From: Haliotis cracherodii
Lineage: Eukaryota
Assembly: GCF_022045235.1 (NCBI RefSeq)
Contig: NW_027266267.1
Span: forward strand, 33,170,001 to 33,234,000
Direction: 5' to 3'
Length of the DNA: 64,000 bases
Shown here: one piece after another, positions 24,080 to 38,500 of the stretch
How positions within the stretch are numbered: the first letter of the stretch is position 1
Layout of the letters: each line of letters starts with the position of its first letter
Program-made: the position numbers and the translations under genes
The notes under the pieces: generated by a model
Seen by the model: the letters and a program-made list of their open reading frames with translations, nothing else
Database searches by the model: none
Told to the model about the DNA's origin: nothing

Positions 24080-25917
24080 ATTTACACGGGTCAGTCAGAT
24101 AAAGTCTACTGTTTCATGTGTCGATTGCGGGTACATAAATGGATGCCAGAAGATGAACCACTAACTGAACATTTCAGGTTATCACCTCAGTGTAGTTACA
24201 TAAACATGATAGCTTCTAATACCGAATGAGAGACATCGGCTATGGTGTATGAGGACTATTAGGGTCTAAGCATACATATATAAAAGTCACAATAACCTAG
24301 TTTCACATCGTGATCTCTTCACATCAATATGGGTGATTTACTGGAAAAAACATCTGTCTTTTCTTCAGACACTACTGCAGGCTAATGTGAAGCAGAGAAA
24401 AGCTTTACTTCAATATGTGTCATGTGAACAAATGCATGCTATTAATAGCATGATCTTAAACATTTTGAAAGGGAATATTCCGCTCTCACTGATGGATAAA
24501 ACTCGCTTGCACAGTCATAGGTTTCACATTAGAACATTGGCTGCCAAAGAAGGTTTTCCCAATCGGATTAAAAAGGAGGTGTTGATAAGACACCATTCGA
24601 TCTTGCCTATTTGCATTGCTGCACTGTTAGATTATTACCTACATCATGAGCAGACCTATGGTTCTCCTGAACAGGAACACATACCAACGCCTGATAGACA
24701 ACCAGGAAAAGGAGAAGACAGCGACTCGGGAACAACAACAACAACAGATAATGACAGTGACTCCGGATCGGGAGACGAGTCCTCTGAGACTGAATGAGAC
24801 CCCTGAAGAAATCACCCACGATGAAGCACAGATTAAAGCGAATACGAACTTGATTCTGGATCTACTTCTTAAAGATGTGTCATTAACTAAAACGATTGGC
24901 AAACTCACCAAACTATGGTACTTTATCAGGGATCAGATCAGAAACGCTCACTTCAGACTGAATGATCAGTTAGAAATTGTGTTAGATAATGAGAATGTGT
25001 GGATTGGGAACTAACGTTATTGACCTCATTCGTTTTACTGTGATGCATCGTGGGGCTGTTCCTACAGGCTACCGTGACTTTCTCAAACTTTTAAAAATGC
25101 TCCATGTACCAAAACAGCTTTTGTATAAGCCAGATGCAAAGAAAAAGAACGACAAAAGAAAGAAGTCAAAATTATCTTTATATCTAAAACGACAAGCACA
25201 ACATGGTGTGCCCGGTGCTAACACTACTGCAAAATTAAGAAAACTAGAGTCTTTCTAACTGTACATGCACATTGAATTCATGACATGTATTCTATGTAAC
25301 TTTCTGATTGTAAAGCAATAAAATAATGCTAACACATGCGTCTTTAATTATTACTATCTTCCATGTTCATGAGGACTCTGAGCTGCATCTCAAGTCTTTC
25401 TTTTCTGTCATCACAGAAGGAAATGTCTATGCATATAATCAGAGTCATTGTAACGCACAGTGTGCTGGTCCTGAAACTCTAGCCCAAGGCTTACCCTCTG
25501 TTGCTTGGCTTTTTCCAAGATGGTATGAAGGGGCAGCTCATTCACTGCACAATCAAAGTATTGAGTAATACGCTCGTCACAAACTATACATTTTGGAGCT
25601 CTATAGAAATATAAGTGCAAACAGCTGCACACAATGAACATGAGTGGTGTGGCTGCTATTCAAGCGGGTGCATCAAGCGGGTGTATAATAGGGTAGCACT
25701 AAGAACTGCTGAATCACCTTGACCGAGTACACAAGCTATACAATATTTTTGAGAAAATGTTTACCATGGGATGGTACTGAAAACGTGACACTTTAAAAGC
25801 ACAGGTGTTCCATTATGAAAGACTACATAAAAGAGCCGTATAGAGAGGTGGTGAGGTGAGGTGAAATTGGGTTTAACGTCGCGTCCAAGATTATTGCACT
25901 TATATAGCGACGTGCAT

Positions 25918-25977
<60 letters not shown>

Positions 25978-26796
25978 CTGCTTGTACTAGTCCGGACTGA
26001 TGCCGATTTATAGTGCTAGCTCACTGAGATACCATGTTGCAGTTTAACATGAATACCCCACTCAGACACAGTATACTGACTCCGAGCCGACCAGTCCTTG
26101 TTTTAGCCCCTTAATGTCGAGCGCCAGACAGGGTAACAACAAGTACCATCTTTTAACGTCTTTTGGTATGACGCGGCCGGGGATGGAACCCCGGACCTTC
26201 CGCTCTCCGGGCGGACGCTGCCGTATAGAGAGTGTGTTACTAAAAACTCGATATTGATTAAAAATGAGAGAGTAACAAGTGGTGGCTTTGTGGATTCGTT
26301 CTTGTTAAGTTAATAGGGCTGCTGTCTGGTCAAACAGGGGAGTATTAAAAAACGTACTAATTAAAAATCGTATACCATCACTCACAAGCAAAGTATAGTG
26401 AGTCAGAAGTATATGTATACACCATTTGTATGCGAGGTGTAAAAGTTGATACCATTTGAAAAGAACAAGGCAACATAATGAAGTAGTTTTTCCCGTGAGA
26501 AAGTGACAACATGCTGAATCACCTTACTTGCGGTGTGAGTATAAATATAACGTGTTAGTGGTTCATTTCGGGAGAAGACACTTTACTAAAAAATGTCTGA
26601 CAATCACATCCACACTACGTTTGAGTGGGCTGCTGGCCATTGGCTGTCCATCAACTTGTTCCGTGATGATGCTTGGGTGCATCTTTCAAACTACAACAGC
26701 AAAAAGGAAAGGAAAACCATTTCCTTGAAAAGCAGTGTATTTAGAAACCTGATTGAAGAGGACTCTGCTTTGGAGGACTATTTTCAGTGCTTTGGC

Positions 26797-26848
<52 letters not shown>

Positions 26849-28900
26849 TTACCCTTCCTTTTCAGCCATCGTGGGGTACAATGCTCGGTGAGACGAGAAA
26901 GGAAAAGACTGCATCGCGGGTATTATCGAGACATATGCGAGCATCTCACTGTGTTTTCTAAAATAAAAGCATATTTTTAATCAGAATGTGTGTATGTTTT
27001 ATGTTTCAATTCGCAGTTATTCGCTCTCTTGGTCTATCAATGTGATATGAGCCACGAGTGTGATACGAGTTACCTCCCTTGGATCACGAGGGCAGGCCGC
27101 TCGCTTCACCCGTCTTTCGGTGTATGTATTTATGCCAGCCAGCGTTCATTGTTTCCTCACTGTCAATAGTGTATTACCTCCCTTACACCGGTAAGCCGTT
27201 CGTCTTCAGGTATCTGGTGTAGCCGAACGGTTTGACCGTTGTTTTTCCAGCTAAGTTTACTACATGATGATATATAAGAAGAAATTAAATCCAGCCATGT
27301 ACAATTGATGGAATAAATATGATTAAACCAAATATGAACTGAGCGAATGGTTAATTCAAACGGAATATATGGAGGAATGATTAATGAAACAGTGTTGTAC
27401 AGTCATAAGGTAAGTTCACTTATTTTTATTATTACTATTACATCTATTATTTATATGTCATAAAGCAGAAAACATACGAATTACACATCTGCAGATGGGT
27501 ATAATGTATACTTTCTACTCAAGTTCTAACATAATGGCGAAAACAAGTAACAGCTATATTATCTAGTTGGTGATCGTCTAAAAGCAACATTTAACCCTTA
27601 ATGTTACGTTAGCACACTGAAACAGATAAAAAGTTAAAGAGTGATAGAAATGTTAATAGATAAAGGTTAATAGATATAGGTGAATGAATACCGCTATGAA
27701 CAATAACATAATATTTTAACACTTAGTGAAACGTGAATGAAGTAGAGAAAAATGTTAATAAATGAATTGACATCGGTGAAAGGGTTAACAGGTTCAGCGG
27801 CTAAAACCCGCACACGAATAGATTTACTCTTGCGTGTAAAGAGTGGGTGAGAGAGAGCTACCCCTAGTGTATTGATACTAATGTGCGGTGACATAGTTAC
27901 ATGTTTGAACAGAGCGAATATATACAGAGCCAGCCTTACTGCTAGTCTCCTTTAGCAAAATTTGCTTCTATTGTGTGAAAGGTATTGACTGGCCTCTATG
28001 GTATGCTCCACAAGAATGCTTTTGTTTGTTTCTTTACTCTACGCTCCACAAGAATGCTTTTGTTTGTTTCTTTACTCTACGCTCCACAGAAATGCTTTTG
28101 TTAGAAAAATTCCATGCTCCACAGGAATTTGTTGAAATTCTATGCTCCACAGGAATGCTTTTGTTGGTGCTCCACGCTCCATAGGAATGCTTTTGTCCGG
28201 AAGGTATTACTTTCTCTCTACTGTTGAGACTGCTATTGGTTCTCCACATTCCAGATAGTCTACCTTCACAGTTTGTTATAGATCTCCTTATATTGCGCGC
28301 AGGAAAGTCAGTTTTATGTACCTCCAGGCAAGTCTGCAATGGAATGTCTATAACATACTCAAAACTGGCATGACAGCCTAGTGGAAACACAACGATATCT
28401 ACCCCAAAGCCATTTAGTGATGGGTTTCAGTATTCAGATAAACACGTAAAGCTATGATTTATGAACGTGATCAATACATTCTACTTACACCACTTAAACA
28501 TATCTCCATAATTCAAACTCCGTTTATGTATGGGAGACAGATAGTCATGGTTTGCATAAGATGCCACTATATACACTCGTAAAAAACAACAACGCACAGG
28601 TAGTGTTTTAGTAAGTTTATTGTATCTAATCAAGTCCATATGTTTAATTTATTATCATAGATACAAATAAGAAAGCTAGGAGCTCGATAGTCATATGTTG
28701 TCGTGGTACTGAAAACTTTCATTGTCATGTCATATAAGGCCACAAGGTAGCGCTGAACTCAGCATCTCGTGTGACCGCCCCGGCCAGCAATCATGGCTCC
28801 TCGGCACTGACCTGATACGAATTCTTTCCTCGGAATTCTGTTCCATTCACCTTGAAACGCGTTGACGTACACGTCGATCGAGTTCATCCCAGAGGTGTTC
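24080..28900 (+). repeat. Tandem triplication unit 3 (4821 bp)
   Basis: Same junction at 24077-24080; continues into the uninterrupted Tc1 element after 28900. Confidence 0.95.
27965..28222 (-). repeat. Right TIR of Maverick (copy 3, in tandem duplication)
   Basis: Near-identical to 18299-18556, followed by GTTGAG. Confidence 0.9.
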
Positions 28901-29990
28901 GATTGGGTTGAGATCTGGAGATCTCGACGGCCAGGGCAAAGCTTTGATGTTGGCATTGATGAAAGTAGTCTACCGTAACACGAGCCCTGTGCGGTGGAGC
29001 CTTGTCCTGTTGAAACAGCTCCCTCTGGCGGTCAGTGATTGGAAGAAGTTGATATGATTCATGTAGCAATTTGCTGTCAAATGTCTCTGAACCACAACCA
29101 CGTGAGATCTCGTGGTGTAGGATATGCCCCCCATACTATGACACTACCGCCACCGAAATTGTCGAATTCACGTAAACAATGTGGGGCAAAACGTTCATTT
29201 CGACGACGATGAACACGTTGTCTTCCATTCCGCCGGTGAGAAAGAAATCGTGTTAAATCGCTCAACCACGCCCGTCTCCAGTTTCCCAAATTCCAAGGCT
29301 GTAGAGTAGGGCACCAACGTAAGCGTCGCTGTCGATGGATCTGTTGCAAAACAGGGACGATAATTGGTCTTCTGGGTCGGATTCCAGCCTCGCGAAGATG
29401 GTTCCTGACAGTCTGGTCCCATATCCTCCTCAAACCAGGGCTCCGTAGCTGTGGCATTGCGATGACGTAGGTAGAACAGTCGCGTGAAGCGATCATGTGC
29501 ATGGGTCGGCCGGTTCTCGGACTGGTCTGCAGTGGAATTATCTATGTGTATAGGTCACAAAGGCATAAAATCGTGCTGTGGTGGACGTTGAAGTGGCGTG
29601 CAACAGAAGACTGCGAATCCGCTCTTTCGATACGTCCTATGGCGATGTTCCGATCGGCAGCGCTGAGGTTGGCATTTTCGAACTTGAAACATGTTGACAA
29701 TTGAATGACAAATGATTGGCTTATGCTTGCTTTTTTATAGCCACTACCACGAGTTACTTGCACGTGCATTTTGCTTAACTGTTTTCCTCCATGACATTTT
29801 TGAACAAGTGTGAAAACAATGCCATTTGAGACTTTGCAAATCGACAATGGCTGCGTTTTGACGCACCGTTTGTCGAATATCAGGCCACCAACATTTTCCA
29901 ATAACATCTATCAAATTTATATACAGGATTTTTGTGTGGTCAGGGTTAATGATCAACATACTACCTGTGCGTTTCATTTTTGGAAGAGTG
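28574..29990 (-). mobile_element. Tc1/mariner DNA transposon with degenerate transposase (~28760-29675, -)
   Basis: TA-flanked imperfect TIRs CACTC..AAAAA..AACGCACAGGTAGT. HTH (SQSSVARHFNVHHSTI), GGGSVIVWG, FQQDKAPPHRAR and a SPDLNPIEH-like motif; multiple frameshifts. Confidence 0.9.
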
Positions 29991-31697
29991 TAGGTGTTCA
30001 CTACCTTATCAACAGTTTGATGTGGACCTTATTTCTTTCTGCAATATCACGAGTTTGATTTAACATATGGACACAAATAAGGGAAATATGAAGACACAGC
30101 TCAATACAGCAATTACAATGGCAGTACACAATAGAATGGAAGTACAATATTCAATGACAGTGTTTAATATGATGGCAAAGGTCAGTATCAACTATAAAAA
30201 TACAGTGGTGATAACAAAATTCAGTGATAATAGTATATTCACCCAGCGGCGACAGTTTCAAAGCTTCCTAGATGAATCAAGGCAGTGAATACGGGGTGAT
30301 GAATGATCTCCACATGAAAGCTGGTCTTGATGCAATGAAATGTGGGAGAAATACGAGAGGCGCGCTCTTGTCCTCTTATATACAGTCTAACCAGCTACAG
30401 TTCCCTCACAACATAAACTATTCTACACGTTTCTCTATCACAGTTCATAGCATTCCGCAAGTTTACATCTCACACTAGCATCTAAATATAATAAGTTCTT
30501 TAAAACTGCTAACATTAAATACTACTACATTCCTGACAACATATATATTATTGTCCAAAGACAATGCAATGAGCTTCTACCGAATCTCAACAGAAACAAT
30601 GAAATACAGTTCCAGTCAAGGTTTAACAAGAAAATACACTGCCATATAACAATAAGTATAATTCACACAAGTTAGACGTAAGACACCTTGAAGACCCAGG
30701 TTAGAATTTGTCTTTAGCAACACATGCTTGTCATAAGAGGCGACTAACGGTATCGCGTGGTCAGACTCGCAGACTTGGCTGATGCATGAAATTGTATCGC
30801 AAGTGCGCAGATGGATGCTCATGTCGAGGTAGGGTGGTTTCCCCTTGGTGATAAGAAACCCAGATAGTCTTCTTCAGTGTGTTTCAGATGTCCTTAACGG
30901 AAACACTTTGATAAGTACCCCGAGACCAGTCAGGAAAATCTATCGTCTATGCTATATTAAGCACTTGTATGAGAGCTTATTGGGTGGTTCAGTGAAAACA
31001 CTATGACGTCCACACGTCTTCCATTTTCCACTTAAATACATAATACATACGCCATTATTGTACAGGAGACAGATGGGATATTTACAAAATGAGCCACTGT
31101 CTCGGTGTTTACTCTATTATTCAAAGCTTCCCTGTTAGTATCTGCTTAGAGTAGGATACGGGTGATGAATAACTGATGTTTGCTGAAACGTTTCCAAAAG
31201 TCAACTTTCTCTTTACGTCGAGCAATATTTCAGCTGCTTCAGCATTTCAAAACTTTCGAGGTACTTGAGAATGTTCTACGAATATTTCAAAGAGCGTCAT
31301 ATAACTCTTGCTCAAAAGTTCTTTAGATCAGGGTTACAACATTCAAGGCCTCAGTAAAGCCTTCAAAAGTCTGATGGTAGACATGTGGAGAACATTTCAA
31401 ATATGACGCAGGATACCTTCACCTGAATTCATAGACACATGCTTATAATGTAGTCGGAATCGTATAATGGACTCTGTTTTGGGCAGAGATTTATCGGTTT
31501 TTGTTTACACACATGGAGTTTATTTAACTGTGACTTGTCACTCAAAGGATATAAGTGATCATTCAAGGACCTGACCGTGTTTCACAAATGGCAGTTTCTG
31601 GGTAGATTTAAAGACGGGTTAAATATGATGCCTCTAAATAGGTGTTCAAATGAGTGATGTGCGATGTCATTAGGTGAGTACTTCCTGCTGTGTTTGG

Positions 31698-32435
31698 ATA
31701 TAGGGTAGATCAACAACAAAACACATTGCCATATAATGATATAGGGTAGATCAACAACAAAACACATTGCCATATAATGATATAGGGTAGATCAACAACA
31801 AAACACATTGCCATATAATGATATAGGGTAGATCAACAACAAAACACATTGCCATATAATGATATAGGGTAGATCAACAACAAAACACTTTGCCATATAA
31901 TGATACAGGGTAGATCAACAACAAAACACATTGCCATATAATGATATAGGGTAGATCAACAACAAAACACATTGCCATATAATGATATAGGGTAGATCAA
32001 CAACAAAACACATTGCCATATAATGATACAGGGTAGATCAACAACAAAACACATTGCCATATAATGATATAGGGTAGATCAACAACAAAACACATTGCCA
32101 TATAATGATATAGGGTAGATCAACAACAAAACACATTGCCATATAATGATATAGGGTAGATCAACATCAAAACACATTGCCATATAATGATATAGGGTAG
32201 ATCAACAACAAAACACATTGCCATATAATGATATAGGGTAGATCAACAACAAAACACATTGCCATATAATGATATAGGGTAGATCAACATCAAAACACAT
32301 TGCCATATAATGATATAGGGTAGATCAACAACAAAACACATTGCCATATAATGATATAGGGTAGATCAACAACAAAACACATTGCCATATAATGATATAG
32401 GGTAGATCAACATCAAAACACATTGCCATATAATG
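31698..32435. repeat. 41-bp minisatellite, ~18 copies
   Basis: ATATAGGGTAGATCAACAACAAAACACATTGCCATATAATG. Confidence 0.95.
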
Positions 32436-35016
32436 GTATGGTGTTACATGTTGAATTCAAAATCAAAACACCAAGTGTCACTCAGAAATCGCTACATACA
32501 AAAATACATTGTGAAAACATAAAAATAACCGCACAAGATTGAATACAACAAACACTTCCTCCTTCGCGTCATTACATTCATGACTTGTCAATAAATCCAT
32601 TTTGTACATGTCAGCTAGCTCTCTATTGATTTACAGTCGTTAAAAAGCAAATTTGTTTCAACCTTACAAACTCACTGGCCTACATGTGATAAGAATGACA
32701 AGAAAAGGGCATGCTTGTTTGTGTAGTCAATCAGTGAGTTGGTATCGTGGAGACGAACATGTACCTCGAACTAGGTTAGTAGCAAGCACATACACGGGAC
32801 AGCGTTACAGTGACACATGTAATCCACATGCATCATATTAACGCTTTTCAGACGGACAATGAATTCTGAGAAATCGCGTAGATATACAGTGAAGTAAATT
32901 AACATCAAGGAGACACGAAATGAAGTAGGTTTGCATCACACAGGTCACACATGACTCAGGTCATCAACATGGATTAGCCAATCACTGGCCTGGAATTTGA
33001 TCTCACACATATGTTTGATACCAGTTATCTCAAATGGGTTTCTCACACACAGATGTGTAAGAAATATAGAATACTAAACGAGCTCCCGTGTAATACTAAT
33101 TTTATGAAACGAATTAATAGTTAACTATTCCCGAGCGAGTTTAGTATTTTATTTATTACTTGCCATTTATAACGTTTTTAAAATTATACTGTTGAGTATG
33201 AACAGGCTGACACCTACACGATCCACGGCATAATCCAATTGAGTTTAACAGAATAATACTACAAACACGTCAAAAGTTGAAACCATGGAAACTTAATAAG
33301 ATATATTTAGGATCCATGTTGAGATGTATGAATTTATACCATACAACGGACCACCTTTAGAATTCAGGCGTTCGTTCCATAAAATTATCGAAGCGCTAAG
33401 GTTATCGCAACTCACATACTTTAACATAGACTACGACTGTCGTTGCGCTACAATACGATCGCCTCGTGGAACGGGGCCTCCCGCACCACAAAGTTTACAA
33501 TCACGTCACAATACCCGAGTACGTAATTGTGGAATTTTGTTGCAAGATCCATCGGCGAAACAATGCCATGTGACGTCAGCCTAGCAACAAGGTTGCTGGG
33601 GTCATAGAGTGTGCATAAACTCCCCCGAGTGATCTATCATCTCCACACGCAAGGTCGTTGAATAAGCCAAGGGATGTTGAGAGCTTTCAATATTTGTTCG
33701 TGAAACGTGTTCCGAGAGTACATAAGCACGCGTTTTGGTATTACGCAATGTGTAATACAGCTATATGTTTATTAAACAGGTGATCTCTTCACGGGCAAGT
33801 AATAAATTTACCTGTCATTCTCTAGTCGCCTTATTAAAAGCGGTTTCGTAACATCTACCTGCACTGAAACAATGTTTTAGAAACTTTGTAATAGATTGTT
33901 TCTTTTCTGATGATAAATACCTACCTCCAACACATTTCTTAAAATAGTTCCCCATCCTGGGATTCGAAGCTGAATACTAACTGGCACGGTATTTCGTTAT
34001 TGAGTTCGGGACCAATTCAGCCACAGACGCCTGACGCAAAGAATGATTTTTAAGTTAAGGCATGCTATGGAAATATTTGACATCATTATCTGAAATATAT
34101 AATAACATGTGTTCTTCTCTGTTCTTGTATATTCATCACAAACTGAAATGTACAATCGCATTAGACAGAAACGCCCAGGCGCTCGTTGCTTCAGCCTTTG
34201 GAAGCTTGGTTGCAATTGTAATTGACTAGGCGCCATGGGGGGAAAAAGTAAGCGATATTTGTTTTTTTAAATGAAATTTGACATATTGTCTCAATTTGTG
34301 TTGGCATATGCGGTCCTAGGGTGTTTGAGCAGGATTACGCACTACCCGTATTCCTTAGTAATGCTTAGGGGTGTACATCCTCAGCGAGTCGTGCTGTAAC
34401 CAACGAACAGTAACACATGGCAAGTTACCACTAATTATGTAACTGACATAAAAAGGTCAAAGTTCACAGTTATTTATAATTAAAATGAGGTCAAGTGATG
34501 TTGAATAGACGCGCGAGATAGACCAGGAAGGTGACTGTGTGATGTCAGTTTCGTCAAGTCGCTGTCCAACAACGAAGGTATGTAAACAGCTTGTCCCTTT
34601 GTGTTTCTTGGGCAGAGATGTAAACCGTATGTCCCTATGCGTTCTAACATATTGATTATATGTATAACTTGTAGTTATTATTTGTTTTATAAACAGTAAA
34701 ATGGTATTTTAATTTCTAACGAAGATCCCAATGTTGTAGCGTTCTTTTCAGTGGCACATTTTTGTTAATGTTCTTGAACCGTTTGTGGTAGTACTGGGAT
34801 AAATGTAAATCAAAGTGAAACTAAAATAATGATATTCCTCGTCGCGAATATAGGCAGTGATATATCAAGAGCAAAATGTGTATAGAAATTTATGTGTGTT
34901 TGTTTCCTGTTTATTCTCTGGAATCCATCACCGGGTTGTTTCACTGTTCAAGCGAATAATGCATACATGTTCCTGCATCATTATCATCAACGGAAATATG
35001 GAAATATTACAATATA

Positions 35017-35362
35017 CCGCATTCGACGTAATAAGCGCCCCGCTCCAATAAGTGCCTACGGCGATATTTGCTAATATATTGGCTAGTGAACAATCCCAAT
35101 TAGCACCCCTTCCGATTGATCAATGTTCACAAGACTTTTTTGTTCGTGTATAATACGCACTCGTGTGTTATATGCACCCTTAATTATAGGCAATTAAATT
35201 CTGGAAAAATATATCTGTCGTATATAAACATTTCAGGCTGTCAGCATAAACCACGAAATATATCTTTCAACTCTGTTTTTTCTCCACCAAAATAATATTC
35301 TAACAAGAGCCCCCAATTTCTAATTTTGAGAGCGCCCTGGGTGCCTATTATGTCGAATACGG
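35017..35362 (+). mobile_element. MITE (Tc2/pogo-like TIR CCGTATTCGACGTAATAAGCGCCC, TA TSD)
   Basis: TA-flanked ~25-bp TIRs; inverted copy at 41828-42160. Confidence 0.8.
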
Positions 35363-35587
35363 TATGTAGATTTGTTATGCGGTAGGTGTACCTAAATTGT
35401 ACCTTGTAGCCTAAATGCTGAATACATTCTGTTTATCCGTCTAGTAATCAGCATGTCGATCCGTGTTGGGTGCAGAGGGTGTGTGCATTTAAATGTGTCT
35501 CGATATATATACCAATATGTCCCAATTAAAAATTAAATGTTTTCCTTTACTTCACTGTTGAAGACATTTAGTAACTTTTCTTTTCAG

Positions 35588-38500
35588 ATGTTCTGTTCTA
35601 AACCGACAAGGTTATTGGTGTATGGAACCGTGCTGCTGTGTCTGGTGGTGATATTGCCATGTTGTACGTAATGTAACTTTCTTCATTGGAATGCCTTCTA
35701 TCAATTTTATATGCCGAAATTAGTTTATATTTCATGTTAGGATATTTTTCACTTAATTATATACTTTAAAACCATTTAAACAAAAATCAACGACAACATC
35801 ATATTGAATGTATCAGTAATACAAAAGAATAAACATGTTTACAAAGAACAGAAACAATTACCACTGCCATTTACACAGTGTCTTGCCATGTCTACACAGA
35901 ATAGGGACAATGTTATTTACACACTGTCTGGTCATGTCCACACAGAAGAGGGACACTGTTATTTACACAATGTCTGGTCATGTCCACACAGAACAGGGAA
36001 ACTGTTATTTACACACTGTCTTGCCATGTCTACACAGAACAGGGAAACTGCTATTTACACACTGTCTTGCCATGTCTACACAGAACAGGGACACTGTTAT
36101 TTACACACTGTCTGGTCATGTCCACACAGAACAGGGACACTGCTGTTTACACACTGTCTGGTCATGTCTACACAGAACAGGGACAACGTTATTTACACAA
36201 TGTCTTGTCATGTGTTCACAGAACAGGGACAATGTTATTTACACACTGTCTTGCCATGTCTACACAGAACAGGGAAACTGCTATTTACACACTGTCTTGC
36301 CATGTCTACACAGAACAGGGACACTGTTATTTACACACTGTCTGGTCATGTCCACACAGAACAGGGACACTGCTGTTTACACACTGTCTGGTCATGTCTA
36401 CACAGAACAGGGACAACGTTATTTACACAATGTCTTGTCATGTGTTCACAGAACAGGGACACGGTTATTTACACACTGTCTTGCCATGTCTACACAGAAC
36501 AGGGACACTGTTATTTACACACTGTCTGGTCATGTCTACACAGAACAGGGACAACGTTATTTACACAATGTCTTGTCATGTGTTCACAGAACAGGGACAC
36601 GGTTATTTACACACTGTCTTGCCATGTCTACACAGAACAGGGACACTGTTATTTACACAGTGTCTGGCCATGTCTACACAGAACAGGGACACTGTTATTT
36701 ACACGCTGTCTGACCATGTCTACACAGAAGAGGAACACTGTTATTTACACAGTGTCTGGCCATGTCTACACAGAACAGGGACACTGTTATTTACACAGTG
36801 TCTGGCCATGTCTACACAGAACAGGGACACTGTTATTTACACAATGTCTGGCCATGTCTACACAGAACAGGGACACTGTTATTTACACAGTGTCTGGCCA
36901 TGTCTACACAGAACAGGGACACGGTTATTTACACGCTGTCTGACCATGTCTACACAGAAGAGGAACACTGTTATTTACACAGTGTCTGGCCATGTCTACA
37001 CAGAACAGGGACACTGTTATTTACACAATGTCTGGCCATGTCTACACAGAACAGGGACACTGTTATTTACACACTGTCTGGCCATGTCTACACAGAACAG
37101 GGACACTGTTATTTACACAGTGTCTGGCCATGTCTACACAGAACAGGGACACTGTTATTTACACAATGTCTTGTCATGTGTTCACAGAACAGGGACAATG
37201 TTATTTACACAATGTCTTGTCATGTCTACACAGAACAGGGACAATGTTATTTACACACTGTCTGGCCATGTCTACACAGAACAGGGACACTGTTATTTAC
37301 ACACTGTCTGGCGATGTTTATACCGAACAGGGACACTGTTATTTACACAATGTCTGGTCATGTCTACACAGAACAGGGACACTGTTATTTACACACTGTC
37401 TGGCGATGTTTATACCGAACAGGGACACTGTTATTTACACAATGTCTGGTCATGTCTACACAGAACAGGGACACTGTTATTTACACACTGTCTGGCGATG
37501 TTTATACCGAACAGGGACACTGTTATTTACACAATGTTTAACCATGTCTACATGGAATATGTACTATGTTTCACTATGTGTGCAATGAACAGAATCACCC
37601 CTCCGGTGTGTGTCCATGACTACCATGCCTTCTATACCGACTTGCTGCAGGTGCTGGAGACTTCATTTGTCCCGAGGCCGCGGAACTTGGCTCCCCCGTC
37701 AATCTGACGTGTATTCAAGCAAGCGGCACACGTGCTCATTCCTACTCAACTCCCAGTGGAACTACTGCTGCGTCTTGTCATTTGTCAGACAGAAAATGCA
37801 TACCACTTGGTGATTTTTCAGCATCTGTCCTGAATGAGTCCTGCAGTGTCCTCGCTATACCACACCTACTGCAGACACACGCTGGTGACTGGAAATGTGT
37901 CGTAGATGCAAATGACCCAGACCCAGAGACGTGTCACATAAGTGTTGAAAGTAAGCAGTCTATTATCATTAACGGATATTTCCGATCAATTATCACTCTC
38001 AGGACGTCTACATCTTCACTGTAATTTCATTGAATGATGGCAAGTTTCCAGTGTTAAACTGTACCACGTCATTTGTGTTGGAGATGTTGTTGGGGGGACG
38101 GGTGGCCCAGTCGTCAAACGCGCCGCGATTCGCTGTGCAGAGTTGCGTCCCTTAGGCACGCCAGAATCCTATGATTGAGGGTTTCGAATCCCGTTTCGCC
38201 CCGATTATGTTTCTTGGTTTGTCAGCACCAAGCCCCTTCACATGGGTTTCACCGAAGTAGTAAACGTCTGAGACATGCATCACTTCGGGCTTTCCTCCCA
38301 CATTAAGCTGATACGCCGTGATATAACTGGAATACTGATAAAAGCGGCGTTAAACCCAACTCACTCACTCACTCATCACTGGAAGATGTTGTGAATTAGT
38401 TGTACACATTGGACATAACAGCTAGCTGTAAACTTTAATACTTCCAGAAACATTTGTAAGGATATCTGTGTTGCACGAACCCCTTGCTTGAAGACCCTCA

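Noticed and set aside
31698-32435. CRISPR-like regular repeat
   Set aside because: Head-to-tail near-identical units without unique spacers, no cas genes, eukaryotic context.
35804-37707. Long Cys/His-rich ORFs (up to 575 aa) in all three + frames
   Set aside because: Artefact of a stop-poor 46-bp minisatellite lying in an intron of gene A.
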